The notes: generated by a model not told the origin, from the sequence alone. A stretch of 64,000 nucleotides of DNA from an uncultured bacterium (GCA_964562525.1 CAZLTL010000012.1:15985-79984), one strand, 5' to 3'; positions 1-10,266 are shown, counted from the stretch's first letter. Translations and numbers: made by a program.

Positions 1-764
1 TGATACCAACGGATGCCGTTACGATAATCATTCGGAAACTTATGATGATAGCTGTGATAACCCTCACCGTTTGTCAAAATGGCTCCAAGCCAATGATCGC
101 GTGCGGATTCTTTTTTGTTCCACGCGTTGCTTCCAATCATATGCGCGTAAGAATTAATAAAAAAAGCGGAGTTCATCACAAGAAACATGCGCAGACAAAC
201 GGACATTAAAAAAGCTCCGAGAAGATGACCTGTGGCCCAGCCGATTGCAAGCGGAACAAAAATACCGGCTGTGACCGACCACAAATCAATGTACTTATGC
301 TGATGCATAACCAATTTGCTTTGCATCAAATCTTTCGCGTTGTCCCAGTTCACGGCGTGTTTATAAAAAATAATCCAGCCGACATGGCAATACCAAAATC
401 CGCGCAAAGAATTATGCGGATCGAGATTCGTATCCGTAAACTGATGATGCTGCCGATGCTGAGAAGACCATTTGAGAGCGGACTCTTCATAAGTCGCGGC
501 ACCGAAAAAAAGCAGCCAAAAGCGCACAAAGTTGTTTGCCTTAAATGTCACATGCGAAAAATGACGATGATAGCCGACCGTAATCGCAAAGCTGGTGGCA
601 AAAAAATAAAAAATAAAAAGCAGAATTTCAGACAGAGCTAACCCGTTGTAATAGATATAGATAGGTGTCCCGAAGACGCCGCATGAAATCAGCACCGTAA
701 AAAGCACCACGCCGGCCCATTTTGTAACCCTTTTTGGGGGTCCGTACTCGCCCATAAACCGCAT
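1..764 (-). CDS. acyl-CoA/acyl-lipid delta-9 fatty-acid desaturase, partial (C-terminal part beyond the window edge)
   Basis: Not in the ORF track because there is no stop codon in the window. Minus-strand translation from the ATG at 762-764 reads MRFMGEYGPPKRV... and contains the three histidine boxes GYHRHFSH, HRQHHQFTD..DPHN and HSYHHKFP that define the stearoyl-CoA desaturase family. The + strand ORF 225..641 is its low-complexity shadow. Confidence 0.8.
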   Translation of the reverse strand, partial: MRFMGEYGPPKRVTKWAGVVLFTVLISCGVFGTPIYIYYNGLALSEILLFIFYFFATSFAITVGYHRHFSHVTFKANNFVRFWLLFFGAATYEESALKWSSQHRQHHQFTDTNLDPHNSLRGFWYCHVGWIIFYKHAVNWDNAKDLMQSKLVMHQHKYIDLWSVTAGIFVPLAIGWATGHLLGAFLMSVCLRMFLVMNSAFFINSYAHMIGSNAWNKKESARDHWLGAILTNGEGYHSYHHKFPNDYRNGIRWY

Positions 765-839
765 TTATTTGGTTAAAATCGCATGCAGAATAGCCGTCTC
801 AAGCCCAAATAGCAAGTAAAGACACAGCTCTGTTTCCAC

Positions 840-3455
840 TTAACGGGCTTTGCTTTTTAGATGCCGTCCGCCTTGATATCGACGGAAAGCTTTTTCGATT
901 TCAACCGCAATAAAAACGGTAGAAGCAATCATCAAAACCACCCCCAATTCTTTTAAGCTCAAGGGCGAAGTTTCAAAAACTTGGTTTAAGAAAGGAACAT
1001 AAAGCGTCGCGAGCTGAAGCGCAAAGGTGACAGCGACCGCGCCCAACAAAGGCAAATTAGAAAAAATTCCCTGATTAAATAGCGACTCGGTATCGGAGCG
1101 AATCGCGATCACGTGCGCGAGCTGACAAAGACAAAGCACGGTAAAAACAATCGACCGCCAATTTTCATATTCATGCGCAAGGAGCCAAGCTTGACTTCCC
1201 AAAGTCAGCGCCGCCATCAAAGCGCCCATTACAATCACATGCCAGCCGAGTCCGCGCGCAAAAATACCTTCATCCGGCTTGCGCGGCAAACGGCGCATTG
1301 CATTGGCTTCCCCCAGTTCTGCAACCAAAGCCAACCCCGGCAAACCATCCGTCAGCAAATTGATCCATAAAATTTGAATCGGAATAAAAGGAATCGGAAG
1401 ACCGATCAGCGGCGCGATAAAAATAATACACACCTCCGCTGAGTTGGTCGTAACGGCATATTTAATAAACCGCCGCATATTGTCATAAATCTTACGGCCT
1501 TCTTCCACGGCATGCACAATCGTCGCGAAGTTATCATCCAAAAGCACCATCGAGCTGGCTTCTTTGGCGACATCTGTCCCTGTTACACCCATCGCAACCC
1601 CAATGTCCGCGCGCTTTAGCGCCGGTGCGTCATTCACCCCGTCGCCGGTCATTGCGACAAATTCTCCTTGCGATTGCAAAGCCTCAATTATTTTTAATTT
1701 TTGATCGGGTGAAACCCGCGCGTAAACCCGAATATTTTTAACGCGCCGGGCAAACTCCTCCGTTGAAATCTGCGACAACTCGGGACCGGCCATCACCTCA
1801 TCCCCCTCCGCTAAAATTCCAAGACGCGCTGCGATTGTTTTAGCCGTGCTGGGATGATCTCCGGTAATCATAACCGGAACAATTCCTGCCGTTTTACAAG
1901 CCGCAACCGCCGTCTTGGCTTCTTCGCGTGGCGGATCAAAAATTCCGACTAATCCCAAAAAAACAAGATTCGATTCAACGTTTTGAATTAATTTTAAATC
2001 AGGTAAGGCATCCCAGGTTCTCATCCCAAGCGCCAAAACCCGCAATCCATCCTCCGCCATTTTTTCAGAAATAGGATTAAGCAGGCTTTGGCTCACAAGC
2101 GGCCCTGGATTGGATTTTTCAATAATCATCTCAGCCGCGCCTTTGGTGTAGGAAATAATTTTTCCATCCGCGGCTTTGTGAAAGGTGGTCATACATTTGC
2201 GCTCAGAATCGAAAGGCAGCTCCGCAATGCGGGGAAATTTTTTATCCACCTCTGTTTTTTCAAACCCGCCGGCGCGCGCGGCTTCAAACAAAGCCACCTC
2301 CGTCGGATCTCCTAAAACCGCGCCTTTCTCTTGCTCGACCGCATCATTACAAAGTGCCATGGCCGTCAGAAAATCCGCAGAAAGTCCGGCAACACTTCCG
2401 CCTTTTATCAGTTTTCCTTCCGCGTAAAACTCTTCGGCCCGCATGCGGTTGAGTGTCAGCGTCCCCGTCTTATCCGTGCAGATATAAGTCACTGATCCCA
2501 GCGTTTCAACCGCAGGCAATTTTTTAACCAAAGCTTTTTTGCTAACCAAGCGTTTGGCGCCAAGGGCCAATGAAATCGTAATAACGGCAGGCAGTGACTC
2601 GGGAATCGCCGCGACAGCCAAACTAATCGCGGTCATCAGCATCAGAAAAAATTCTTCGCCGCGCAGCATTCCCGTAATAAAAACAACGGCACAAATCACC
2701 ATGGCCGCCCATGACAAGCTTTTCCCGAGACGGGTTAATCTTTTCTGAAGCGGTGTCGGCATTCTTTCGGTCGATCCCAGCGATGCCGCAATTTTGCCAA
2801 ACTCCGTCTTCATCCCCGTGTCCGCGACAACGCCCAATCCGCGGCCATAAGTCACGGTCGTGCCCTTGTAAGCCATGTTCTTTCTGTCACCAATCGGAAT
2901 CTCGCCCTCAGCGTGAATCGATTCTGTTTTCTTTTCGACGGGCATCGATTCGCCCGTCAGCGCGGACTCATCCGCTTTCAACTGCGCCACCTCCATCAGC
3001 CGAAGATCCGCCGGAACAATGCGTCCGGCTTCAAGCATCACAATATCGCCCGGAACAAGTTCCGCGGCGGGAATCACTTTTTTTTGATTGGCGCGCAAAA
3101 CATCCGCCGTGGGTGATGACATGGCTTTCAATGCTTCCATTGCACGTTCGGCGCGATACTCTTGAACAAAGCCGATCACCGCATTTAAAACAACGATAAT
3201 CAAAATAACGATGGAATCTTTGTAATGCCCAAGAAATGCGGATAAAAGAGCCGCGCCTAAAAGCACGAGAATCATAAAGTCCGTAAACTGATCAAAAAAC
3301 ATCCGCAAGGGGCTGTGTTTTTTCCCTGAGAGCAGGGAGTTTGATCCGTGGATTTTGGTGCGGCGGACAACCTCGTCGGGATGAAGCCCTTGGGGCGTCG
3401 CTTCCAAATGCGAGAGAACTTCTTGGTGAGTTGCGGAATGCCAGCCTTGTTTCAT
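840..3455 (-). CDS. cation-transporting P-type ATPase (P2-type, Ca2+/Mg2+ family)
   Basis: 871 aa. Has the phosphorylation motif ICTDKTGTLT, the hinge motif TGDGVNDAPAL, a PESLP (PEGL-like) TM4 motif, and 10-TM topology. Confidence 0.9.
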   Translation of the reverse strand: MKQGWHSATHQEVLSHLEATPQGLHPDEVVRRTKIHGSNSLLSGKKHSPLRMFFDQFTDFMILVLLGAALLSAFLGHYKDSIVILIIVVLNAVIGFVQEYRAERAMEALKAMSSPTADVLRANQKKVIPAAELVPGDIVMLEAGRIVPADLRLMEVAQLKADESALTGESMPVEKKTESIHAEGEIPIGDRKNMAYKGTTVTYGRGLGVVADTGMKTEFGKIAASLGSTERMPTPLQKRLTRLGKSLSWAAMVICAVVFITGMLRGEEFFLMLMTAISLAVAAIPESLPAVITISLALGAKRLVSKKALVKKLPAVETLGSVTYICTDKTGTLTLNRMRAEEFYAEGKLIKGGSVAGLSADFLTAMALCNDAVEQEKGAVLGDPTEVALFEAARAGGFEKTEVDKKFPRIAELPFDSERKCMTTFHKAADGKIISYTKGAAEMIIEKSNPGPLVSQSLLNPISEKMAEDGLRVLALGMRTWDALPDLKLIQNVESNLVFLGLVGIFDPPREEAKTAVAACKTAGIVPVMITGDHPSTAKTIAARLGILAEGDEVMAGPELSQISTEEFARRVKNIRVYARVSPDQKLKIIEALQSQGEFVAMTGDGVNDAPALKRADIGVAMGVTGTDVAKEASSMVLLDDNFATIVHAVEEGRKIYDNMRRFIKYAVTTNSAEVCIIFIAPLIGLPIPFIPIQILWINLLTDGLPGLALVAELGEANAMRRLPRKPDEGIFARGLGWHVIVMGALMAALTLGSQAWLLAHEYENWRSIVFTVLCLCQLAHVIAIRSDTESLFNQGIFSNLPLLGAVAVTFALQLATLYVPFLNQVFETSPLSLKELGVVLMIASTVFIAVEIEKAFRRYQGGRHLKSKAR

Positions 3456-3509
3456 AACCCCTCCGTAAGCCTGCGTTAAACCGATCCGCGGCCGGATGAT
3501 CGGGTTAGT

Positions 3510-4733
3510 TTACTCGGGAAGTAAACCTGTTTTGCAAACTTCGGCGTATTTTTTCGCGCTTTCGCGAACCGTGCGTTTCTGAGTTTTGTAGTCCATTTCA
3601 ATCAAACCGAAACGCGGACCATAGCCATGCGCCCATTCAAAGTTATCAAGCAGCGACCAATAAAGATATCCCACAACCTTCGCGCCTTTTTGCATCGCGT
3701 CATGAATGGTCTTAAGGTGAATCTGAATAAATTGCCAGCGCTGACTGTCTTCCGCTGCGCAGATTCCGTTCTCGGTAATCATAATAGGAATATCATATTT
3801 CCGAAGCTGCAAAAGAAGCTCATGCAAACCTTGCGGATAAATGTCCCAACCCAAAAAGTTTTTATCGGATGGAAAATCAGGATGGCCCGCGCTGCACTCC
3901 ATCACAAACTTTTTCGGGCACCAGCTTTTCAAATCAACGAGCTGCCGCGAATAATAATTAACTCCGATAAAATCAAGCGTGTTCGCATTTTGAAGCGCAT
4001 TTAAAATTCTCAAGTTAAACCAATAATTGCGAAATTTTGCCGAAACACGATTGATCCATTTTTTATTGCAAGCCACAACGGATGTCACGTGCTGGGAAAT
4101 ACTAATCGCCGGTTTTTTCAAACCCTGCTCTTGATAAATTTTATTCATCGCGCGGTAAGCCGCGATATGCCCGGCAATCATATTGTGTTCAACTGCCCAA
4201 GCCGCTAAGAAAGATGTTTTCTGGGGAGGCCACCAGCCCAAAATAAAGGAATGTGAAATATAAATCGTGGGTTCGTTGATCGTGATCCAATAATGAACAT
4301 GCTTCGCGAGGCCTTTGACGACAAATTCTGTGTAACGCTGAAAAAGAGCAACGACTTTTTTGTTCTCCCAGCCGCCTTTTTCGCTCAGCCAAATCGGATT
4401 GGTAAAATGATGCAAAGTCACCATCGGTTCAATGCCGCGCGCGCGCAAAGCTAAAATAACATCAATATAGTGCTTGAGCTCTTTTTCAGAAAACTCGCCT
4501 TCTTTAGGCTCAATGCGCGCCCACTCAATCGACAAGCGATGCGCTTTGTGGTTCATCTCTTTGGCAAGGTCAAAATCCTGCTCATAAACCTGATAGTGAT
4601 TGCAAGCAACCCCTGAAGGCTCTTTGCCGGCCTTGATTTCCCATGGCCACCAATCGGAATTGGAATTACCGCCCTCAACCTGATAAGCAGCCGCAGCCGC
4701 GCCCCAAATAAAATCTTTCGGAAACTGAATCAT
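3510..4733 (-). CDS. glycoside hydrolase family 1 beta-glucosidase
   Basis: 407 aa. Has the GH1 acid/base motif TINEPTIY and the nucleophile motif ITENG (MITENGICAAED). The N-terminus MIQFPKDFIWGAAAAAYQVEG is typical of GH1. Confidence 0.85.
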   Translation of the reverse strand: MIQFPKDFIWGAAAAAYQVEGGNSNSDWWPWEIKAGKEPSGVACNHYQVYEQDFDLAKEMNHKAHRLSIEWARIEPKEGEFSEKELKHYIDVILALRARGIEPMVTLHHFTNPIWLSEKGGWENKKVVALFQRYTEFVVKGLAKHVHYWITINEPTIYISHSFILGWWPPQKTSFLAAWAVEHNMIAGHIAAYRAMNKIYQEQGLKKPAISISQHVTSVVACNKKWINRVSAKFRNYWFNLRILNALQNANTLDFIGVNYYSRQLVDLKSWCPKKFVMECSAGHPDFPSDKNFLGWDIYPQGLHELLLQLRKYDIPIMITENGICAAEDSQRWQFIQIHLKTIHDAMQKGAKVVGYLYWSLLDNFEWAHGYGPRFGLIEMDYKTQKRTVRESAKKYAEVCKTGLLPE

Positions 4734-4795
4734 ATCTAAAGCCCTTTAAAATATAAAATATCGAGAAATAAGACGATTAAGCCGAAAATAATGGC

Positions 4796-6082
4796 ATGAG
4801 ATTTCTATTTAATCAAATCAAAAAAACATACGGCCTAGCAGAGCCCGAAGAACGCAAAGCTGTCCTTAATAATTTTGCCTTTCTTTCAGCATTACAGATC
4901 ATTACTTATCTTTTACCAATCTTTATCTTGCCCTATTTGTTCCGGGTGATCGGCCCCGGAAAATTCGGTCTTTTAGCCTTCGCTCAGGCTTTTACTCAGT
5001 ACTTTGTTATTTTAACCGACTACGGCTTTAATGTTTCAGCCACCAAGGAAATCTCGGTCCGGCATCAAGAGCCGGAACTATTGCACCGAACTTTTCACGC
5101 GGTTATGACAATCAAAGTCGCTCTCTTAGCTTTGAGCGCGGTCATATTCTGCGCGGCCGTTTATTGGGTTCCTCGATTTCACGCGGATTGGCAAGTTTAC
5201 GCGCTCAGCTTTGGAGCGGTGATTGGCAACACCCTTTTCCCGCATTGGTTTTTTCAAGGCATTGAAAAAATGAAGCCTATCGCGGATCTTAATATTTTTG
5301 GGGGAGTTTTAAGCTCCGTGCTTATTTTTGCGCTTGTTAAAAATCCGGATGATTATTTATTGGTTCCGCTGATTCAATCAGCGGTTTTACTCACAACCGG
5401 ATTATGGGGGCAATATCTTGTTCTGCAAATCTTGCAAGTCCCCTTCCGTTTTCCGAGCCTCAAAGATTTAAAAAAAGAACTGGTCGCGGGTTGGCATGTT
5501 TTTATTTCAATTGTCGCGATCAATGCCTACACCACCACCCGCATTTTCGCGGTTGGGCTATTCACAAACAATGTGATTACCGGATTTTATTCCGCCGGAG
5601 AAAAAATCGCGGGGCTTTTTCAAACCTTTCCGCTTGTTCCTTTTTCACAGGCGCTCTTTCCAAGGCTCATTAAAATTTTCCACAAAAGCAAAACGCGAGC
5701 TTTTGATTTCATGGAACGCATTCAGCGCATCACTGTTACGGTCTCCTTGATTTGCCTGCCATTGGGATTCATCTTCGCGCCTGCCATTGTGCGCATTCTC
5801 TGCGGAGATTATTTTACGGAAGTCATTTGGACACTACGGCTGATCTTGATTTCGGTTCTTTGTGTGGGCTCAAACGCCTTCCGCGTGCAGTTTCTTCTTA
5901 TCGCAGGGAGGCCGGATCTTTACGCTAAAATTCACATCCTGGCAGCGGGATTTGGGCTGCCGCTTCTTATCGCGCTGACCATTACGCATTCGTATTTGGG
6001 CGCCGCGCTCTCAACCATCGCGATCGAACTCGGCATCTTTTTACTGACGCTCATCGCAATTAAAAAAGTTCATCTCAAGTAA
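4796..6082 (+). CDS. polysaccharide biosynthesis / Wzx-like flippase family membrane protein (MOP/PST superfamily)
   Basis: 428 aa polytopic membrane protein. The N-terminal region resembles oligosaccharide flippases (..NFAFLSALQIITYLLPIFILPYLFRVIGPGKFGLL..). Confidence 0.55.
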   Translation: MRFLFNQIKKTYGLAEPEERKAVLNNFAFLSALQIITYLLPIFILPYLFRVIGPGKFGLLAFAQAFTQYFVILTDYGFNVSATKEISVRHQEPELLHRTFHAVMTIKVALLALSAVIFCAAVYWVPRFHADWQVYALSFGAVIGNTLFPHWFFQGIEKMKPIADLNIFGGVLSSVLIFALVKNPDDYLLVPLIQSAVLLTTGLWGQYLVLQILQVPFRFPSLKDLKKELVAGWHVFISIVAINAYTTTRIFAVGLFTNNVITGFYSAGEKIAGLFQTFPLVPFSQALFPRLIKIFHKSKTRAFDFMERIQRITVTVSLICLPLGFIFAPAIVRILCGDYFTEVIWTLRLILISVLCVGSNAFRVQFLLIAGRPDLYAKIHILAAGFGLPLLIALTITHSYLGAALSTIAIELGIFLLTLIAIKKVHLK

Positions 6083-6854
6083 GTGTTTCCCTAAGCCATT
6101 TCAGAATCGGCTCAACAGTTTCTTTTTTGTTTTTTAGCAAAAGATACTCCGCGTGGGGGCCGCCCTCAATCATCACCAAACTCTTCTTACTCTTCGCGGC
6201 TTTAAACAACTCCGATGAGTGATTGGGTTTAATCAGCCAATCTTTGGTCCCATGGATAAAAAGGATGGGGGCTTTTACTTTTTCAACGCAAACAATCGGT
6301 TTATCTTTTTTCAGCCAAAAAGGCCCGGGACGAACGCCTTTGCCATAACGCCCTTCGCCGACCAAGTTGTAAAAAATATCCTGATCGGGATCCAACTCCC
6401 AAAAATGATATTCGATTTTCTCAAACTCCGTGGGAGGGCTGATCGCGACCAAGCTTTGAATTTTTTCCGAGCGTGACGCCGTAATAATACTGGTCGCGGC
6501 ACCCAGAGAAAATCCGATCAATCCGATTGCGGCATAGTTTCGTTCCATTAAATCAATCACGGCTTCCAAATCGAGATATTCTTTCGTGGTCCAATAAAAC
6601 AACCCCGGGCTTTGCCCATGACCGCGGAAATCAAGTATGGCCACGTCATATTCATCCAAAAGCGAGTCCGCCAAAACCTTGATCAGCACGGAGGACTTGC
6701 TGTTAAAAAAACCATGCGCAATGATAATGACTTTTCTGTGGCCATTTTGATAATGATCCAAATAAACTTTTTGCCCGTCCGCGCTTAAAACACTCAGATT
6801 TTGAACTTTGCATTTCTTAGTCATGCCATTGTGCCTCGGGCGCTTTCTTCTCAA
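6075..6854 (-). CDS. alpha/beta-fold hydrolase
   Basis: 259 aa. Has the GXSXG nucleophile elbow (IGFSLGA) and length and layout typical of alpha/beta hydrolases. Confidence 0.7.
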   Translation of the reverse strand: MRRKRPRHNGMTKKCKVQNLSVLSADGQKVYLDHYQNGHRKVIIIAHGFFNSKSSVLIKVLADSLLDEYDVAILDFRGHGQSPGLFYWTTKEYLDLEAVIDLMERNYAAIGLIGFSLGAATSIITASRSEKIQSLVAISPPTEFEKIEYHFWELDPDQDIFYNLVGEGRYGKGVRPGPFWLKKDKPIVCVEKVKAPILFIHGTKDWLIKPNHSSELFKAAKSKKSLVMIEGGPHAEYLLLKNKKETVEPILKWLRETLT

Positions 6855-8052
6855 TTAATTTCTGTATCGTCATTTGCAAATCGTCTGTCAGCTTCCGGCA
6901 AGCGTCTTTTGAGTCTTTAACATACGCCCCCATCAACGGCCCTAAATCCACAAGTTCCCCCGTTTGAATCCGGACCGCGCGGCGGCCCAAGGGCTTAGGC
7001 CGGGGTTTTCCCAATATCTCACGCTCAAGTTTCATCACACTTTCAGCCAATCTTTCCGACGAGGGATTTTTCTCATGATACTGCGGCGCCCAGCTGGCAA
7101 ACCAAACCGTACGCTTCAAAGCGCCTAAATCACGGCGAAGCTCCCTTTGACGGTCACTGCTCATTTCCGCTCCATTATCCATGCGCTCGCGAATCTGTGC
7201 GATTAATCGGTAGGCGCGATCCATCAGCTGTTGTGAGGGTCGCCCCCAAATTTGAGCGTATTTTCTCTCCAGCTGGCTCAAAACCGAAGTCCGCCACGCA
7301 CTGATATCCTCCGAAATTTTACTCCAGTTCGACGCAATATTACGTGACGTCGTTTTCATGTCATACCGCTCCACGACATGCTTCATCAAAAGCGTGAGTC
7401 GCGTCTGAATTTCCTGCGTGTGCGGTTTAAGATTAATTTTTTTCTCAAGGTGGCGAAGCCGCTGCTTCAAAGCCCCGCGAATCGAATCGGAGTAAGAGTA
7501 TTTCAACGCGACAGGTAAAATATAAACTGCAGCACCGGGATTCAGCCGACGTAAATCCTGAAGCGCTTCAAACCCCATACGCACCGCACCGGTTTTAAAA
7601 GGCTGAACATGGTCGTTTAAATAATAAATCTCTCCCTCTGGGAACATGACCAACGCTTCTTTTCCATTTTTAATCGTCTGAGAGGCTTGCTCGCGCGCTT
7701 CCGCGTCCGACGCGCCGCGTTCAACGGAGAAACAACCCACCCGCGTCATCCAAAACCCCGCAAATCCCCGCATCTCCTCAAAGGCTTCGGCATTCACCAT
7801 AAACCGGAATCTTTTTTGAGCGCGCCGCGCGAATTCCATCATGACGCGGATATCCATTTCATCCGCATGATTAGACACAATGATCAAATGGGTTCCCGAC
7901 GGAATGGATTTTAGCTGATCAAGGGTATCAGGCTCTAAAACAAGCTCGCAACGACATGCCAACTCAATGGCGTTGTAAATGCCATAAGGAATAATCGACC
8001 AAAGCTGCGGATTTGCGGAATAAAAACGCGACATAGCCAACCCTTTTTTCAT
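6817..8052 (-). CDS. lysophospholipid acyltransferase (PlsC family) with C-terminal extension
   Basis: 411 aa. Has the HX4D motif (VSNHADEMD) and the FPEGE motif of glycerolipid acyltransferases. Confidence 0.65.
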   Translation of the reverse strand: MKKGLAMSRFYSANPQLWSIIPYGIYNAIELACRCELVLEPDTLDQLKSIPSGTHLIIVSNHADEMDIRVMMEFARRAQKRFRFMVNAEAFEEMRGFAGFWMTRVGCFSVERGASDAEAREQASQTIKNGKEALVMFPEGEIYYLNDHVQPFKTGAVRMGFEALQDLRRLNPGAAVYILPVALKYSYSDSIRGALKQRLRHLEKKINLKPHTQEIQTRLTLLMKHVVERYDMKTTSRNIASNWSKISEDISAWRTSVLSQLERKYAQIWGRPSQQLMDRAYRLIAQIRERMDNGAEMSSDRQRELRRDLGALKRTVWFASWAPQYHEKNPSSERLAESVMKLEREILGKPRPKPLGRRAVRIQTGELVDLGPLMGAYVKDSKDACRKLTDDLQMTIQKLIEKKAPEAQWHD

Positions 8053-8211
8053 TCTGAAAAGAAAGGCCGCTATTCTAGCAGAAAATCATCTCACGTAACT
8101 GTGGTGACAAACATCAAAGCGATCTGATTAGATCGCAAAAAAAGAAATGAAAAAGCCATTATCTTATGGTTAGTTTTTCATGCGGCTTATGAAAAAATGA
8201 TGTTCCGAAAT

Positions 8212-10002
8212 TTAGCGGCGCCAAACTTTCCAGTCGGTTCGCTCGCCACGGTTATTCCAAAGCTGGTCTTCCTTATATATCCGTTGGCCGGCCGCGTTGT
8301 AACGGATAATCGTTTGGTTATAAATCTGCCCATTAGCATGCCACCCACGCTCCCTGAAGTACTCCAATTTTCCGCTAATGCGATAATCATACTTAAGGTC
8401 ATAACTCAAAACCCCGTATCGATACTGAACCTTGTAGATTGAACGGACTGCTCCATTACCGTAGTAGCTTCTTGTTTCTGTAAAGTTATACTTAGCTTTA
8501 CCGGCGGCATCATAGGTCACGTCATTAAAATAGGTCATTCGCTCCGCGCCGTCAAAACGGGTCTGAGATACGCTGGTTAATTTACCTGCAGGCGAATAAC
8601 TAAAGGTTTTATCAAATTCCTTGTTGCCGTTCGCATGATAAAGAATGGATGAAACCGTGGACCTGCCGTTCACATAAACAATGGTCTGCTTGGCAGATAC
8701 TTTTGTTGTTCCATTAGCGGCATACACCGCTTCATCGAGCCAGCGGTAAGAGAGCTTCCCATTCGGAAAATAATGATAGTCGCTAAAATGGGTCACAGCC
8801 CCCTGCGCATTGTAATGAGCGGAAGAAACCCGGCTGACCGGACCGCCGGGAATATAGTAATCGGTGCGCACATCGCGGACTTTGACGTCACCGGTAAAAA
8901 AGATACTCGTAACAGCCGTACTCTCTATTTTGGTTTGCACATGCCCTGCCAGCGTTTTTCCGTCAGAGCCATAAGCAAGCTCATCGATCCAAGTTTCAAC
9001 TAAAACTCCCGCCGGGCTGTATGTTTTTGCCTCAAAACGGGTTATCGATTCCTGAGCATTAAATTGGGAACTGATGATTTTAACAACTGCGCCATTCGTG
9101 CCATACTCTGTCCTGACTTCGCCGGTTTTAAAACTTCCGTCATAAGAGATAACCGTTTTCGCGTCCGGCACTGTTTTGGTTTGAGTTCGCGTAATAACCG
9201 TTGTGCCATTTGAAGCATAAACCACCTCTTCTTTCCAGCCATCGACGACCGTACCGTTAGCATCATACTGATCATCCAAAAAAACCGTGATCGAGCCTGC
9301 AAAGTTAAACTGAATATCCATTTGGCGACGAACATTGGACGCGGAATAATAGTAAGTCGTCGTTTCCTGAGTCACTTTACCTGACACGTCTTTTAAAACG
9401 CGAACACTCGTACCATCCGTCAAAACAACTTCAACCTCGGATCCCTGCGCGTCAACCGCGCTGTTTAAAACACTTATCTGAGCCCCGTTAAATGATTCAG
9501 GAACTTCTTTTGTCAACGCTTGAAGATCGAGCAGATCGAGAAAAGTTAGCTTTTTGTTTTCATGCTGAATGACCATTTTCTTTCCATCCGCGCTGAAATT
9601 GCCGGAAGCAATGCGCTCAATATCCGGAAGCTCGAGAGAAAAAACTAATCCGTTAACATCGATCAATTCCAATTTCGTTGCGGCTCCTGTTCCGGAAATC
9701 ACCACATCCAGATTTGATCCTTGCCGCACAAGCGTTCCTTCACATTGCGAGACAAAAGAACATGTGCCCGCTTGAAACGGCGCGCTCGCCGTCGCGGACG
9801 ACAAAGGGCTTTCATCAAAAAAATCAGCCGGGGCATTTTCTTCCGCGGAAGAAGACGCTGAAGTAAAAGGGTCAGCCGTGGGCTGCTCTACCGTAGAAGC
9901 CGCAGGCAATAAAGCACTTTGCCCAAAAGCAGTCATGGGCAAAAGCTGGGCCGCCAATAAAACCAATATAATTGCGATATATATTTTCTTTTGAGTTTTC
10001 AT
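8212..10002 (-). CDS. secreted YD-repeat-like beta-rich protein of unknown function
   Basis: The ORF-track start (10023) is a TTG. The in-frame ATG at 10000-10002 has a GAGGA Shine-Dalgarno 7 nt upstream and yields the signal peptide MKTQKKIYIAIILVLLAAQLLPMTAFGQ. The body carries recurring Y-x-x-x-G / YD-like repeats (AYGSDGKTLAG, VYAANGTTKV, RYNAAGQRIYKED, YDLKYDYRISGKLEY). Confidence 0.5.
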   Translation of the reverse strand: MKTQKKIYIAIILVLLAAQLLPMTAFGQSALLPAASTVEQPTADPFTSASSSAEENAPADFFDESPLSSATASAPFQAGTCSFVSQCEGTLVRQGSNLDVVISGTGAATKLELIDVNGLVFSLELPDIERIASGNFSADGKKMVIQHENKKLTFLDLLDLQALTKEVPESFNGAQISVLNSAVDAQGSEVEVVLTDGTSVRVLKDVSGKVTQETTTYYYSASNVRRQMDIQFNFAGSITVFLDDQYDANGTVVDGWKEEVVYASNGTTVITRTQTKTVPDAKTVISYDGSFKTGEVRTEYGTNGAVVKIISSQFNAQESITRFEAKTYSPAGVLVETWIDELAYGSDGKTLAGHVQTKIESTAVTSIFFTGDVKVRDVRTDYYIPGGPVSRVSSAHYNAQGAVTHFSDYHYFPNGKLSYRWLDEAVYAANGTTKVSAKQTIVYVNGRSTVSSILYHANGNKEFDKTFSYSPAGKLTSVSQTRFDGAERMTYFNDVTYDAAGKAKYNFTETRSYYGNGAVRSIYKVQYRYGVLSYDLKYDYRISGKLEYFRERGWHANGQIYNQTIIRYNAAGQRIYKEDQLWNNRGERTDWKVWRR

Positions 10003-10030
10003 GCCTTTTCCTCTACAGCTCAAGTTATTT

Positions 10031-10050
10031 AAAACATATTAATATGTTTT
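10031..10050. promoter_or_regulatory. perfect 20-bp palindrome AAAACATATTAATATGTTTT in the promoter region of the secreted YD-like gene
   Basis: Read directly from the sequence, about 30 nt upstream of the start codon at 10002. Likely an operator. It lies in a 370-nt AT-rich gap. Confidence 0.4.
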
Positions 10051-10180
10051 AATTATGTAATTAATATAACCATTCCTTGTCAAGAATCAAGGGGAGTATC
10101 GGAAATTGAGGGTATTATATCAATGTAAATCTTTTATTCAAAATGAGTTAAGAGTTATTAAATATTTTTAAAATTTAGCT

Positions 10181-10266
10181 AAAAAAAAGAGGCTTTTGGC
10201 GGCTAAGCAAAACGCCCCAAGGTAAAACCTCGAGGCTTCTTTTCATATGCTCCCCCCGTGTGGGAC
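10181..10266 (-). repeat. degenerate copy of the tRNA-Asn 3' end (about 20 nt) plus downstream terminator-like hairpins
   Basis: The minus strand reads GTCCCACACGGGGGGAGCATATGAAAAGAAGCCTCGAGGTTTT.., followed by a hairpin and a T8 run. About 45 nt are near-identical to the copy at 15666..15726 and to the acceptor/T-stem 3' end of the intact tRNA at 15889. Confidence 0.6.

Noticed and set aside
225-641. 138-aa + strand ORF in the track
   Set aside because: Low-complexity, Lys/Arg-rich translation lying exactly antisense to the well-supported desaturase CDS (1..764, minus strand). It is a shadow ORF.
8053-8211. Hairpin GCGATCTGATTAGATCGC as a terminator between the acyltransferase and the YD-protein gene
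   Set aside because: The A-run and T-run flank the stem in the wrong orientation for either convergent gene. It is probably just a small palindrome.
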